Below are positions 12,073 to 24,618 of a DNA stretch of 38,168 nt, one piece after another. This DNA comes from Mesotaenium endlicherianum (Eukaryota). Under the pieces are notes generated by a model. The model did not search any database. It saw only the letters and a program-made list of their open reading frames with translations, and had not been told where the DNA came from. The position numbers and the translations under genes are program-made. The number at the start of each line of letters is the position of its first letter. Within the stretch, counting starts at the first letter, position 1. The stretch spans positions 465,265 to 503,432 of the forward strand of contig WELA01003597.1 of NCBI GenBank assembly GCA_009602735.1, read 5' to 3'.

Positions 12073-14229
12073 CATATGAGCGTGCGCGGGCCCACACGTG
12101 TTTGGCCATGCCTGCAGGTTTACTTTCTCTCCCTTCTACGACGTCGCAGAAGAAGCTCATACACACGAAGTCGTACGAGCCCCCCACCAGCCCTCCCCCA
12201 CAGTCGCCCTTTTGCCGCTCGTGCATACGGGTGTGAATGGGGAGCCGCTAGCTGTTGCTTCCGTCCGCAGGCCCGCTGGCTGGAGGGAGGGAGAGAGACC
12301 GCACTGGCCACATACCTCGCTGTAAGTGAAGTCGTTGAGAGACAGAAGCTCAGCCAGGCGGCCCTTGAAGAGCGCTGCAGTCCTCCGCCGCCTGGGGCTA
12401 CCGGGGTACTTCACAAGGGCCCCCTCGAAGAGGGAGGGCATGGGCATCGTCTCCCTCGAGGACGAAGCATCACGCCTGCCAACAGCAGCCGACAGCAGGA
12501 GGAGATGGGAGGAGACTTGCTGTTGATTGCAGCTGACCAGGATGGTTCAGCGTGGACTACTGACCAAAGTTGACCTCAGTTGACCGCTGACTGAAGAGTG
12601 ACCGACGTTGACCAAGGCTGGCAGGCCTAACAAGCGTGTGATTGGCCAAAATTTGGACGAGGAGGTCAATATGCCCACAGAAGTGGAGAGAGGAGCACGA
12701 GCTTTGAGCTTCTTGGTGAACTGCTGACAGGACAAGAGAGCAGGCAGAAGTAGAGAATCGGCATCAGGTTCAGAAAAGGAAGGCAGAACAGTGCGAGGTG
12801 GTGAGGGGCAGATGCCAACATCAATCAATGGGTGAACCTTTGGCAGTCACGTTGCACACCCTGTCATGATGATTTTACCCTTCTTTCCTCTTGTGCAGCG
12901 CAGTAGTTGCTCACTGACTCCTCCTTCGTTGACTCACTGAAATTGCCGCGGGGTTCCACTGCCTAGAATACACAGCTCGAATTTGACATCGCTCATACTA
13001 CAGACTCTCCATGATCACCCGGACCCATCTCAACCTCCATCATACCCCCCAGCCTTTTTCTACAGTGCTGGTTTTTAAGTACCATGCTTGGACAGATTTT
13101 CCTCCTGACCAGAGCTTGGAAATGAGAAGCATCCCTCGAGGTTCTGATGGCACTTGGTCGAGTTTACAAGCTGTTGGCATATATGACAAGGAGCAGGTCC
13201 CAGCAGGTTCTTGCTGCCACTCCTCCGATTTACGACGTGCATTTGAATACCAGCGCTTGATGTACAGCAACATATGGCTAGCATGGTGGAGGCAGTTTTC
13301 AACGCAGAAGCTGCAGTCGTCGACATTAGCAAAAGGACTTGGCACTTTGACGAAAAAAAAGACAGGAGTTAGCTATCACCATATAATCATTCACTACAAG
13401 CATAGAATGAACTCATATTGCTGAATGGCCATGGATTTGCACAGACCCATCCCTGTAGCTGCCACGGTATCCCAAACTGCCTGTCCTTTTTTTGCAAATG
13501 TGCAAGCGTGGATGCAGCCTTCTCCTGTCATTAAGTTTATCAGTCACTGATATTTTTATACAAGACTGGAGGTTTCCCTTCGTGCACTTAGTTCCACAAT
13601 CTCAAAATATAGTTCGTACGGGCAGGTAAGTCTAAACAATGAGAGACATTGTCTCACCCTGACGAGGGACGACTGCGAATGGCTGAAGTTTCGTTAGTCA
13701 GCCCGTTTTCTCGAATTTCTGATGCATCTTCTTCTTTTGTCTCCATAGAAGACGCCTGTTATAGAAGCTCCTAGGAAAGGTACGGCAATTGTTGCGACGG
13801 ACTGAGACCGGAAGTTTTCATGATCTACAGAAAGTAATGCCTATCAGCTTCGTAGGACGCGACAGAAATGAAGACGAGCTCAATGCCAGGACGTATTCTT
13901 CCAAGAAAAAGCCACATCTACCGAAAATCCTCGCATGTTTCTTGGCCTTTCACCTTTGTTGAAGTAGAGTAAGAAGCAGCTTAACACCACGGCTTCTTCG
14001 CCACCGTGCGGCTCTAACAATGTAGTGCAGTATGATACTTGCAATGTCGAGCGATTGCAATTAACAAGCTGTATATGATGAATTCTGGGCAGTGCTTACT
14101 GCCAAATGCTCGTCGACTTCAGACTCCAGAGGTTGCTGCCTGGGTCGTCTCGAAACGTCAGTGGCGTTGATTGGCGTCGACGAGCGTGTGACTTTGAAAG
14201 CTTGCATGCGTGAACCAGCGTGACCGCTG

Positions 14230-14327
14230 CAACTGGCTGCAACCGGCTGCAAGCCTGCAACCAGGCTGCAAATAACTGGTTTAAATTGGTTTAGATCGGT
14301 TCAGATCAGTTCAGATCGGTTCAGATT
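14230..14327. repeat. Short tandem repeats (GGCTGCAA-like units, then 10-bp GGTTCAGATC-like units)
   Basis: ACTGGCTGCAACCGGCTGCAAGCCTGCAACCAGGCTGCAA followed by GGTTTAAATTGGTTTAGATCGGTTCAGATCAGTTCAGATCGGTTCAGATT. Confidence 0.75.
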
Positions 14328-14760
14328 ATGATTATAGTCAGCGGAGGTCTATTGGCCCCAAGTCCGACACTGCCCGTGCGACCGGGTCCCTGCGACGCGA
14401 CCGACAAGGCCCCGGACATCCCGCGTTCCTCCGAATCTCCGGCTTCTGGGCTTGAGCTGCCTTCTACGTTCCGGTTTCGTGTACGAGCAATTATGTGTAC
14501 GACCCATTATTGCAGTTTCAATTTATTTGCTTTGAGCACTGTCGCGACTGCTATCCACTTGACGGTGCCGCACGCGCAGCGCAAGTCACGGCCGCCCAGG
14601 TACGGGAAGTCAGCATTGACTCACCGACCAGAGGACCGAGTCAGCAGTCATGTTGAAGTCGTTGTCACTGTCAAAGTGGTCACGACACGTAACACCCACA
14701 CCCAGGACGGGATGGGGATGTGGACCGAGTGGTCAGCCGAAAGGCTAGGGGCACGGAACC

Positions 14761-15759
14761 AGCAATGAGCCAGCCCAGCGAGTGCCAAGAAAGGTACTGA
14801 TCAATCGGCTATCCAAGCCAAGTACAGCGGGGATATTGCAAAGGGCGTTGTGTGCCGCCTCGGCTAGGCCCTCAGGGGACTGGTCACGGCCTGAGCGTTC
14901 ATCCTAATCGCTGCCAGCCAGCCACATAGGCGTGATTGTCAATGGAAGGCTAAGTGGTCACGCGCAACAATCCCAATGCATGCATGCATGCTGAATGACG
15001 ACTTCTAAGCCGTGTGAGAGCTGCTGGGTAAGGACGGCATGCAAGCTAAGCGCTGTGACTAAGCACTAGTATTCTCGAAAGAGGACAGTGTGTGGTGCTT
15101 GTGAAAGGCACGAGTCGTGCCTGAAGCTGCCTCATTCTTGCTCGCATCGTTGTCAAAGGAAGCTGAAGAAGCAGAAGGAGCGCGAAGGAGAAGGAGTTCC
15201 CAAGGCCATAGAAGAGCCGGGGCGCCACGCTTCTACCGACGCTGGAAGATTTCTTCCTAAGTGTATTATAAAAAGGTTAGGCCTCAGGAGTTCCCAAGAG
15301 AGGATCTCGCTGGTGGAAAGTAGAGAGTTGCAGAATAGAATCTGTTAGGAGATTAGCGCAGATTGAGGTCAAACGCCGCAAGCGTGCGAGGGTCACTTAA
15401 AATGGTGAGTGCTGTGGTACTCTCCAAGTTCTCAAAAGTCTCAATTGTCGAATTGCTGATAGCAAGAGTAGTATTAACAAGTAAAGCTCTCAGTGAAGAG
15501 TGAGCCCAGCCAAGCAGTGAAATGCTGTTAAGGCGCGGGGTTGAGCGAAGAGCTCAGACCAGGCCAGCATAGATGTGCAGTTCAGAGTTTTGTAAGCTGT
15601 GACTTGTGGAAGTTAAGCAAAGCCTTGAAGGGCGATTTTCTCGGAACTTGACATTGCCTGTTAAGCTGCTTAGACGTGATTTTTGCAAACTACAAACTTG
15701 TTCATTATGTAAACCCTCAACTTGGGTGAAAGCCTGTGTGGAAGTAAGACGCTTCTGTC
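14761..15759 (+). repeat. 5' LTR, family B (shared portion; true start may be upstream, e.g. TGTCAAAG at 14669)
   Basis: Matches 18552-19557 from AGCAATGAGCCAGCC to GACGCTTCTGTC. TATA-like TATTATAAAA at ~15264. Confidence 0.85.
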
Positions 15760-15883
15760 ATACTTCTGAGAACTTCGTTGATGGGTTCCGGTGAGCAAGA
15801 ATTCCCAAGTCAGTTGGGGATTGAGGCCTGTGAAGGCTGCCGGTGTTCAACCTGGAAGGGGACCCGGAGAAATTCAACTATAT

Positions 15884-18553
15884 ATGCCGTTGAGGAGTGG
15901 AAGACTCTACCACTCTGTGGAGCCTGCAGAAGGTTCTGATTCTAGCCAGAGTCCACGAGAAAGTGAGACGTCTGAGCATACTGACAACCGGTGGAGTGAG
16001 CAACCGTCGAGAGACGAGTCTTGTCATAACTCCGCAAGCGGTGAGAACCCAGATGATACACGAGCCTTTGTACCTGATTTGGGCAGAGAGCAAGACGTGT
16101 GGGGAAGAGTCAGTGAGTCCTGTTCACCGTTCAAAATGGCCGGTGATGATCGGGATGAAAATCCTAAGTTCAAGCTGTCTGCAAAGTGTTCTAGCGGGCG
16201 AACCAGCGGAAATGGTCTCACTTTCGAAAAGTTTGATGAGATCTATTGGGCAGAATTCTTTGAGAAGATTCGGAAGGATTCTTCTTATACGCAATCTGTC
16301 GCATTTATAGGCTTGGTGCAGTACTTGGACAAGGATGCCCTGCTGTTATATCGCCAATTCCGGAAGGATGACGATCTCACCCACGAATGGGCGTTTGAAG
16401 AACCGAAAAGGGCTAGGGATTTAAAAATCCAGAAAGAGGCTGCAAAAGCCCGAATGTCCGCTTTATCTTTAGGAAGAACAGTGACAACTGCACCCGTTGA
16501 GAGCATAGACCTAGCTGCACTAACACAAGACTTAACAGAGGCCATGAGGCAACTCACTGAGGGCCAGCGGAAGGCGGCCACTCAAGATGATGATGCCGGC
16601 TCTGTCGTAGAATTGCAAAAGGTGTGTGCACAATTGTCTGAAAAGATTGCTAAAGCTCAGGAACGAGTAGCCATCGTCAACTTGGCGAAGCTCAACACAG
16701 ATAATGAAGGAGAACCGCCACCACCCGGAGCGGAGAAATCAGTTGAAGATGAGGCAGAGATGCCAGACCTTCCAGGGTTCGACCTACCGTCAGCCACCAA
16801 TGAAGAGGAGATTTAGCAAGCAATTCCACGTTTTCCTACCCAAGAGCTGGACCTATTGGAGCTACAAGAACTTTGAACGAATGATTGGGTGAACGACCAA
16901 TTGATGATGGAAGGACCCAGTCTGGCCGATCTTTACAACGATCTAAGGTCGCCTACATCTAGCACTCCAACCGCCAGTTTTCCAGCACCACAAGCTACCC
17001 CACATCAGCTACAACAGCCGCAGGAGGTGGCTGCCTGCACCGCTAAGGTGGAACCAACACAAGGAAATCCTCACGGTCGCGCAAGCAAACCAAGAAAGGT
17101 TGTTCGGGAAGGGAATGCACCTTTCCGACGGATGCTGATGCGTTATTTCAAGTACAGGGGAACAGCTTAGAGAGAAGGGGTTCCGAAAGGAACCACGGCT
17201 TCTCCTCCGCAACCTATGCTAGAGATGTTGCAGAGAGAGGGAGAGGATGGCTTAATTCGCAAAGCCATGACATTGGAAATTCACATTCCCATGGTGCGCC
17301 CCTCATCCACTGGAACGTGGGAGAAGGACAGTTCAGCTCCTAGGACACCTGCAGTGTCTGAAAGGGAACTGGTAGAGCTGAGATGCACCATAAGCCGCTT
17401 GACAACAAAAAATGCTATATACGCACAACTAGCTGCGGCTCAAAGATCGCAGACTATGACACAAACATGGACGGTTACGCCACCAGCCAGGGAGGAGTTT
17501 GGCACAATCGTTGCGCGCATAGCTACCATTGAGCGCAAATGGGGTGGGACAATCGACCCCAGAGCAGATTCAGGAGGGTGGCCTTTGCCAAACCCACCCC
17601 CACCACGTGAAGAAGGAGGAACAGGGACCAGTTGGACTGCGGCCGATGAAGAAAGATTCTTGAGGCAGCCCATCCGGAGGCGTCTAACCTACACCACGCA
17701 ACCAGAAAGGCGACAATCTATCGGAAAAGGTAAGAGGCCTAAGAAGCAAGCCACCGAGCCTGAGACAGCGGAGGAGCAAGCTGCAAAGCTTGCCACTCCA
17801 CCGCCTAACAATCAGGCAGAAAAGCCTGAAGGCCAGGATGAGGGCGGAAAGCCCCCACCTGGACCCAAAGAGTAGCAACTACTAAATGCCTGTGTTGGGG
17901 AAAAGCAGCCAGCAACTGAGGTTTTCACCATTGGAAACATAGTCGCAGCCCAACAGAGAGCATTAGTAGAAAGGCTGCTGAAAAAGCACCGCAAGGTGTT
18001 TGCCTTTACCAAAGAGGAGATTGGTAGACTCACTGCCAATGTGTGTGAGATCACACTAACTAATGATAACCTAGTCAGACTTGGGCCGCATAAGCTCATT
18101 CAGACCAAATGGGACTGTGTGGAGAAAACTTGCCAGGAGCTGCACAAGCTCGGTATGATCGAGAAATCAACTTCAATACATGGAGCTCCCACGGTAGTAG
18201 TTGCCAAGAAGGACAAGGATGGCAATTATACAGCCACTCGTATGTGTGGAGACTACAGACGACTGAATCTTCACACGGAGCCAGACAGCTAAGTGATGCC
18301 TACATCAGAGCGAATTTTTGCGATTGCTACCACCGGGAAGGTGTTCAGCATCATTGATCTACGCCAAGGGTTCAACAAGATTCCTGTGAAAACAGAAGAT
18401 CGAGGTAAGACCGCTTTCTGGGCCCAAAGGGAACTTTGGCAATGGACGGTAATGCCGTTTGTGCTGAAAAATGCCCCAGCCATCTTTCAGAGGACTATGG
18501 ATAAAGTGCTGGAGGGGCTGGATTTTGCAAAACCATACATTGATGACATATAG
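15884..18553 (+). pseudogene. gag-linker-RT pseudogene in a single frame; RT truncated at YIDDI
   Basis: Starts MPLRSGR (gag-like). ORFs at 15791, 16889, 17216, 17996 and 18293 share one frame, separated by stops. RT motifs RMCGDYRRLN, FSIIDLRQGFNKI, KTAFW, MPFVLKNAPAIFQR, YIDDI. No protease, RNase H or integrase seen. Confidence 0.88.
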
Positions 18554-19557
18554 CAATGAGCCAGCCCAGCGAGTGCCAAGAAAGGTACTGATCAATTGGC
18601 TATCCAAGCCAAGTACAGCGGGGATGTTGCAAAGGGCGTTGTGTGCCGCCTCGGCTAGGCCCTCAGGTGACTGGTCACGACCTGAGCGTTCATCCGAAGC
18701 GTTGCCAGCCAGCCACATAGGCGTGATTGTCAGCTGGAAGGCTAAGTGGTCACGCGCAACAATCCCAATGCATGCATGCATGCTGAATGACAACTTCTAA
18801 GCCGTGTGAGAGCTGCTGGGTAAGGACGGCATGCAAGCTAAGCGCTGTGACTAAGCACTGGTATTCTCGAAAGAGGACAGTGTGTGGTGCTTGTGAAAGG
18901 CACGAGTCCTGCCTGAAGCTGCCTCATCCTTGCTCGCATTGTTGTCAAAGGAAGCTGAAGAAGCATAGGGAGCGCAAAGAAGAAGGAGTTCCCAAGGCCA
19001 TAGAAGGGCCGAGGTGCCACGCTTCTACCGACGTTGAAAGATTTCTTCCTAAGTGTATCATAGAAAGGTTAGGCCTCAGGAGTTCCCAAGAGAGGATCTC
19101 GCTGGTGGAAAGTAGAGAGTTGCAGAATAGAATCTGTTAGGAGATTAGCGCAGATTGAGGTCAAACGCCGCAAGCGTGCGAGGGTCACTTAAAATGGTGA
19201 GTGTTGTGGTAGTCTCCAAGTTCTCAGAAGTCTCAATTGTCGAATTGCTAATAGCAAGAGTAGTATTAACAAGTAAAGCTCTCAGTGAAGAACTGAGTGA
19301 GCCCAGCCAAGCAGTGAAGAGCTGTTAAGGCGCGGTGTTGAGCGAAGAGCTCAGACCAGGCCAGCATAGATGTGCAATTCAGAGTTTTGTAAGTTGTGAC
19401 TCGTGGAAGTTAAGCAAAAGCCTTGAAGGGCGATTTTCTTGGAACTTGACATTGCCTGTTAAGTTTCTTAGATGTGATTTCTGCAAACTACAAACTTGTT
19501 CATTCTGTAAACCCTCAACTTGGGCGAAAGCCTGTGTGGAAGTAAGACGCTTCTGTC
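18552..19557 (+). repeat. 3' LTR, family B (probably 5'-truncated by the deletion that removed RNase H and integrase)
   Basis: Second copy of 14761-15759, fused directly to the RT YIDDI codons with no polypurine tract. Confidence 0.85.
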
Positions 19558-20611
19558 CTTGTAAGGGAAACTAAAGATAAGCTCTCTTTTCGAAAATTTC
19601 TGCTAAGGGTTGAATGAGGAACTGGTTGAACATGGGAAGCACTGAGTGTGGGATGCCTTACCACATGATGCAAGTGCAAGAAGACCAAGAATGGGTCAAA
19701 CCCCAACCAGTCTGTCACCGACACACGTGCAAGGAACGGTCGATCCCCACTTACAGCGACGCACCGACACGTCAACCAAGTCGAAGGCACACGTGCAGAG
19801 AAGCCACGCACGCGCCAGGGGTCCGACGTTGTTAGGCACGACAGCACATGCATGTACATCAGTACGTAAATGTACATAGCCGGCGGGTGACTTGTGGAGG
19901 TCTCCTTGCTTGCCTTAGGGCAAATCCCGAGGAAGTTATTCCTGCCTCGCAAACGATCATGCTTCCTTCCTCAATCACCACGCTTTTCCTTTGTCTGGAG
20001 CAAACCTTTGTCAATAGTGAATAAAAGATGGAACAAAAACCGACGACGAATGCGGATGTCGAACTTACAGACAAGCTTAGCGAGTTGAGGTCTGGATTGT
20101 CACTCGCATGTGACAAGGAGATGGAGAGGTTTCTGAAGGGAGTGTCGGAGCTGATGAACGAGCTCAAGAAGAACTTGAGAGAGACTTGTGAGGAATCGGT
20201 CCGAGAATTCCAGCGGGAGTCTCTTCAGTCCATGATTGGGTATTTGAACAGCGAGAAGGGTGATGTCAGGTCCAAAGCAAGGATGTCTCTGCGTCTTTTC
20301 TCAGGGAAAGCGTGGGTGGACGGTCAACATCAGGGGGGACCGAAGAAGGTGAATTCCAAACGATCTCATGGGCCGCTGTTGCTGAAACCACACGGTGCTT
20401 GCATCTTCTTAAATTGAACGTGGAATCACAAGCACGTGCTCACTGCATCCCATGCCTGCTTTCTGTGTGCTGCTTTTTCTGCGCTCATGACGTATATGCT
20501 AGATGTGTGAGGGAGGTAGGCCTGGTAGCAGGTCAATATATGCACCTTTCTTTCATTGCACACCTAGCCCATATGGATGCACAGCAAACATCGAAGTGAT
20601 CCACGGAATCC

Positions 20612-22620
20612 ATGTCGCCTTCCCCACCTTTGTGTCGATGTGGTCAGGCACAACCCGAGAGGCTCGGGGATGAACGGGGCATCCTGGACTTGCAAAATGA
20701 GATTCTGGGGCGTATATTGAAGGCCGTCTGCGTTGAGCATGGGACGAAGGAGCACCACATCACCAGGACAGTCGAGGCAGCATCCCCTACCTTACTGCGT
20801 TCCATGTGCAATGTACACACCAGGTGGCATGACGTGCTGCGGTCCCCCTTCATTGGCGTCAGACTCATCCAGCATTTCCATGGGGGCGTGGACGCTGAGG
20901 CAGCTATCCGCAAGCTGCGCAACGCCAGGAACGTCACGCACGCAACTATAGACAAGGTTATGGATGCAGGGGACCAGGAGAGGCTGTTCAGGAGGCTCTC
21001 TGCCGCGTTCCCTCTCCTCACGTCTTTGCGCCTGACGATAGACAGGAACGCGAGGGCCTTGCAGAACCTGTCCCTCTTCCTCTCCCTCAAGACAAACATT
21101 AGGCAGTTGTACCTGGACTTCAGGGCCCCAGGTGACACCTCTGGCAAGTCCGATCCTGGCAGCTCCTCTGGCTCTGATCTTGGCAGCTCCTACGGGGAAG
21201 CTCTGGAGGCGCTGGACTTCTCCCTGCAGGAGCACCTGCAAAAACTTGCGCTCGAGTACTGGGACCTGGGCTTCCCTCATAACGATCCACGCGCGTGCTT
21301 TGCCCCTGTCAACGCGGCAATTGCACGGGTGACAAGCCTTCAAAAGGTTTGCATCACGCTGCGGCCGTCCACGGTCTACGCAGCTCTACCCCATTGGGTG
21401 GTCAAGTTCCCCGCCTTTGCCAGCTTTGCTGCAAATGCCGGAGGTGGGAAGTCTCCCAGCACTCGGCTGCTGGACTCTGCGCGTCTTGCGACGGGCCTGA
21501 AGAAGCTCCACATACAATGCTGATCGGTGAGTGCCCGCTCTACTACACCCGGTCGGGTGAGACCAGATCGCTGCCCCATTGTGGACATGTGGGGCTGTTC
21601 TCGTGGCTGGTACCCTTGATTTTTCTTTTAAAGCAATAGGGAGAGCCACCCTACTGCGCTCGATTGGTGCAAACGACACCTCCCCCACTACGCTGATGGT
21701 TCCTACCCTTTCGCATAGTCTTCTTGGTCCTGCAGCTCGAGGAGTCCAGGTTTATGTCAATCGTTGGCAACATGACCTGCCTCACGTTGCTGAGGCTCCG
21801 TTGCGCCCTCAACAACATCCGGGGATCCGTCACCGATCTTTTCATGCCCCTCTCTCCGCAAGCTGGCCATCGAACGCTGACACCATCCCCGACATGAAGA
21901 TCACTTTTCCCCTGCTGGACAAGCTCACCCTGGAGCCCTTCGAAGCCGATCCCGTCGATCCCACCTGCTTTGCATTCACGCCGTGCAATCGCTGCACGTA
22001 GCGCTCTGCGAGGAGGTGGCGTGGCCCCATCTGCAGTACCTAACCCGACTGACCTCCCTGTCTGTGAGGCCGTACATCACGAACTACGACAACAATCCGG
22101 AGCGCGAGCCCAGGTGGCACGTATGCGAGTTGCACACGCGCTCGCTGCAGGCTCTCAGGCTGCACTCCTACATACTTCTGTACCTTGTCGACGGCCTGCT
22201 CACCCTAGAACACCATGTCGCGGTCTCTCTATGTTGCACTTGCGTCGAGGATCTCAAGGTTTGGTACGACAGCTACGCTGAGTACGCTGCCAAGGGGAGC
22301 CTTTGTATCGAGCTGGCGGTCGACGACGATGCCAGGCAGTTGTTTAAGGACACCAGGCGCGGCACGGAGAGACCTACTGGGCAGTGCGTCGTGTGCTCCT
22401 CCTATTGTTACAGGGGCAGGAATGGCGGGTGGTGACTTACGCGGGGAAGGACACCGTAGGTAAGAGCACTGCCGCTATAGACGTGCCTCGCATGTATCTT
22501 GTCGCTGTCCACTCCCCCTGTAGCCCTCCCCACCCCCTTGTGGTGAATGATTGGGAGGGTGCATGCGTGCACGTGGATGGGGTGGTGAGCATGACGCACA
22601 GCGGGGCGGATACTCCGTAG
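20612..22620 (+). pseudogene. F-box / leucine-rich-repeat-like gene, probably pseudogenised
   Basis: F-box-like ILDLQNEILGRILKAV...CNVHTRWHDVL, then LRR-like units (FPLLTSLRL, LQKLALEY, LKKLHI, FPLLDKLTL, LQYLTRLTSLSV). A TGA at 21521-21523 lies just before a GTGAGT donor, and frame changes are apparent near 21980 and 22380. Confidence 0.6.
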
Positions 22621-22959
22621 GCGCTTTCAACGTGTAAGTGTTCTTCCATCCCCCCCCTCGCCGCCATTCCCCTCTGCCTCCTTTGCCTTTCTTCGTCAAC
22701 TCCCACGCCTTTTGACCATCAGTCTACACCCTGCTGTCACCAACTCAATTATAGAAGTCAGAGAAGTGAAGCTTCTTTTTGCTGCGCACCGTGCATTAAT
22801 TATGGTTGATACTAGTGCAGCAGGCATAAGAGAGCATGAGAAGGGATAGAGGAGGGGGATGGCGGGGGGGGTGCAGGTACAACCTGGAAAGGGGTGCAGG
22901 CGATTGTGGCAGCGACAGAAGACACGTGCAGTGTTGTGCTCATCTAGGTCCCACTCCCC

Positions 22960-23235
22960 TCCACTCCCCTCCTTTCCTCCCCTCCCCTCTTTTCTCCTTT
23001 GATGTGCAGAGGCTGATGCCACTACTACTGCTGCACGTGAATTCTCTGAGTCGTCCTCCTCCTTACCTCCTCCTTTCCTTCTTTTTCTGCTCCTCTCTTA
23101 CCTTCTCGTCCCTCCCCGCCCCTCCTCTTTCCTCTTGCTACTCTTGCTCCTCTTCTTCCTCCTCCCCCCCCAACCTATCCTTGCTCATCGGCACTCTTTC
23201 CTCTCTCTGCTGCTCCTGCATATCTTTCCTTCCCG
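22960..23235. repeat. Pyrimidine (C/T)-rich low-complexity tract
   Basis: Runs of CCT, CTT and CTC, with purines mostly confined to a short central stretch. Confidence 0.75.
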
Positions 23236-24216
23236 TTTTTCTGCCAGCCATCTTGCGCCGACGTTTAGAGATACATATGCTCTTGGTGCTTCCTCTCTGA
23301 TTTTTTCTTCATGGGTTCGTGCGTGCGTGCTGGGGGCAAGCGGATCTCAGCACGCAAATCTCGGGCTCAAAATCAAAACCTGCCAGGGAGGCGCTGAAGC
23401 AGCACGTGCCCAAGCACCTCTCGCCAGGGAGACCCCGTGCGTAACTGATGAAAAATGGCTTAAAAGATTGCAGTGAAATGTTTGCAGTAGAGATCTGAGT
23501 TCAGTACATTTATGCGGACATGTTACAGTCGCATGATCGAGGGAATAAAGGCAAATGCGGGGCAACAGACTGGTGCTCGAAAAGGTATGGCAGGTTATAG
23601 TCCTTCGAATCTATTGCACGTAAAATGTTTGAATTGTCCTAAAGCTTTCCATTGAAATTGATGTTTGAACCGACGACAATTGAAATCTGGTCTCCGAAAG
23701 TTGCAGCACGCATTTTAGTACCTCCGCGCTTTTGTGTATCCAGCTGTCGGCCATGCATGGGCTGTGGCATCACTGTAGCGTGCATGATTCACCGGATGCG
23801 GTCCTCCAAGTGCATGAGGTGGGCCTTTTCATAACCATTGCCGCTCTCTTCAGACGACCGATATTTAATTCAGCAGCAGGAGTAAGCATTAACATCAGCA
23901 GTTCACGGCGCAGCAGCTTAGCTCACAAGAAGAGAGTTACGTGCAAGCAACGTGCAAGCGCAAAGGAACCCTCGGGCACGTAAAAAGATTGGCGACGTGC
24001 AACAACAGTTGTTTAGGGGCTACATCAGGGTCATTCACGACTCGCGTACCTCCCCAGAACGGGTTCTTCCGGCCTGCAAAGGCAGCTAAAACTGTATCCC
24101 ATTCACTATGACTCGGCCACACACCTAAACAGCTAGGCTCCCATGTTCTCGCCTAGGTCTTGGTGTAGTACCCGAAGAGCTGGTACTTGGCCTACGGCGA
24201 CAAACTCACTCTCTAA

Positions 24217-24600
24217 CACACACACACACACACATACCCCAGAGGAAGACACTCATACGCACACACGCACACTCAAACACTCGCACACACACACACATAC
24301 ACACCCCAAAGGAGGACACCTCCACGCACGCACGCTCACACGCACTTCCACACACACACACACACCCTCAAAAGGAGGACCCCCCCACGCATACACGTGG
24401 ACAGACGATCACACGCACATCCACACACACGGACACCCTCGAAATGAGGTCACCCCCACGCACACACACGCACACACACACACGCGCGCACACACTCAAA
24501 AGGAAGACACCCCCGCGCACACACGCACACACGCGTACGCTTGCCCGACCACCCGGATGGAAGACACCCTCGCGCACAATCACGCGCACACGCACGTCCA
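24217..24600. repeat. Compound (CA)n/(CACG) microsatellite punctuated by a recurrent AAAGGA(G/A)GACACCC-like motif
   Basis: CA-rich runs separated by AGAGGAAGACAC, AAAGGAGGACACC, AAAGGAGGACCCC, AAAGGAAGACACCCC and GGAAGACACCC. Confidence 0.85.
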
Positions 24601-24618
24601 TGCCCACTGCTGCTGCTG

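Larger units (their letters stand above)
14761..19557 (+). mobile_element. Internally deleted Ty3/gypsy retrotransposon between ~1 kb direct repeats
   Basis: Near-identical direct repeats at 14761-15759 and 18552-19557 flank one stop-interrupted reading frame with gag-like sequence and the N-terminal half of RT. Confidence 0.9.

Noticed and set aside
11962..14100. Short ORFs, including possible upstream XIP exons (e.g. RLLGLPALVN in 12547-12828)
   Set aside because: No recognisable domain and no splice donor I can assign with confidence; RNA-seq is needed.
15088..19140. Duplicated small ORFs (15088-15348 and 18787-19140)
   Set aside because: They lie inside the family B LTR copies and show no sign of protein function.
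20028..20417. 129-aa ORF with a coiled-coil-like N-terminus
   Set aside because: May be an exon of the downstream F-box gene or a separate small gene, but no family is recognisable.
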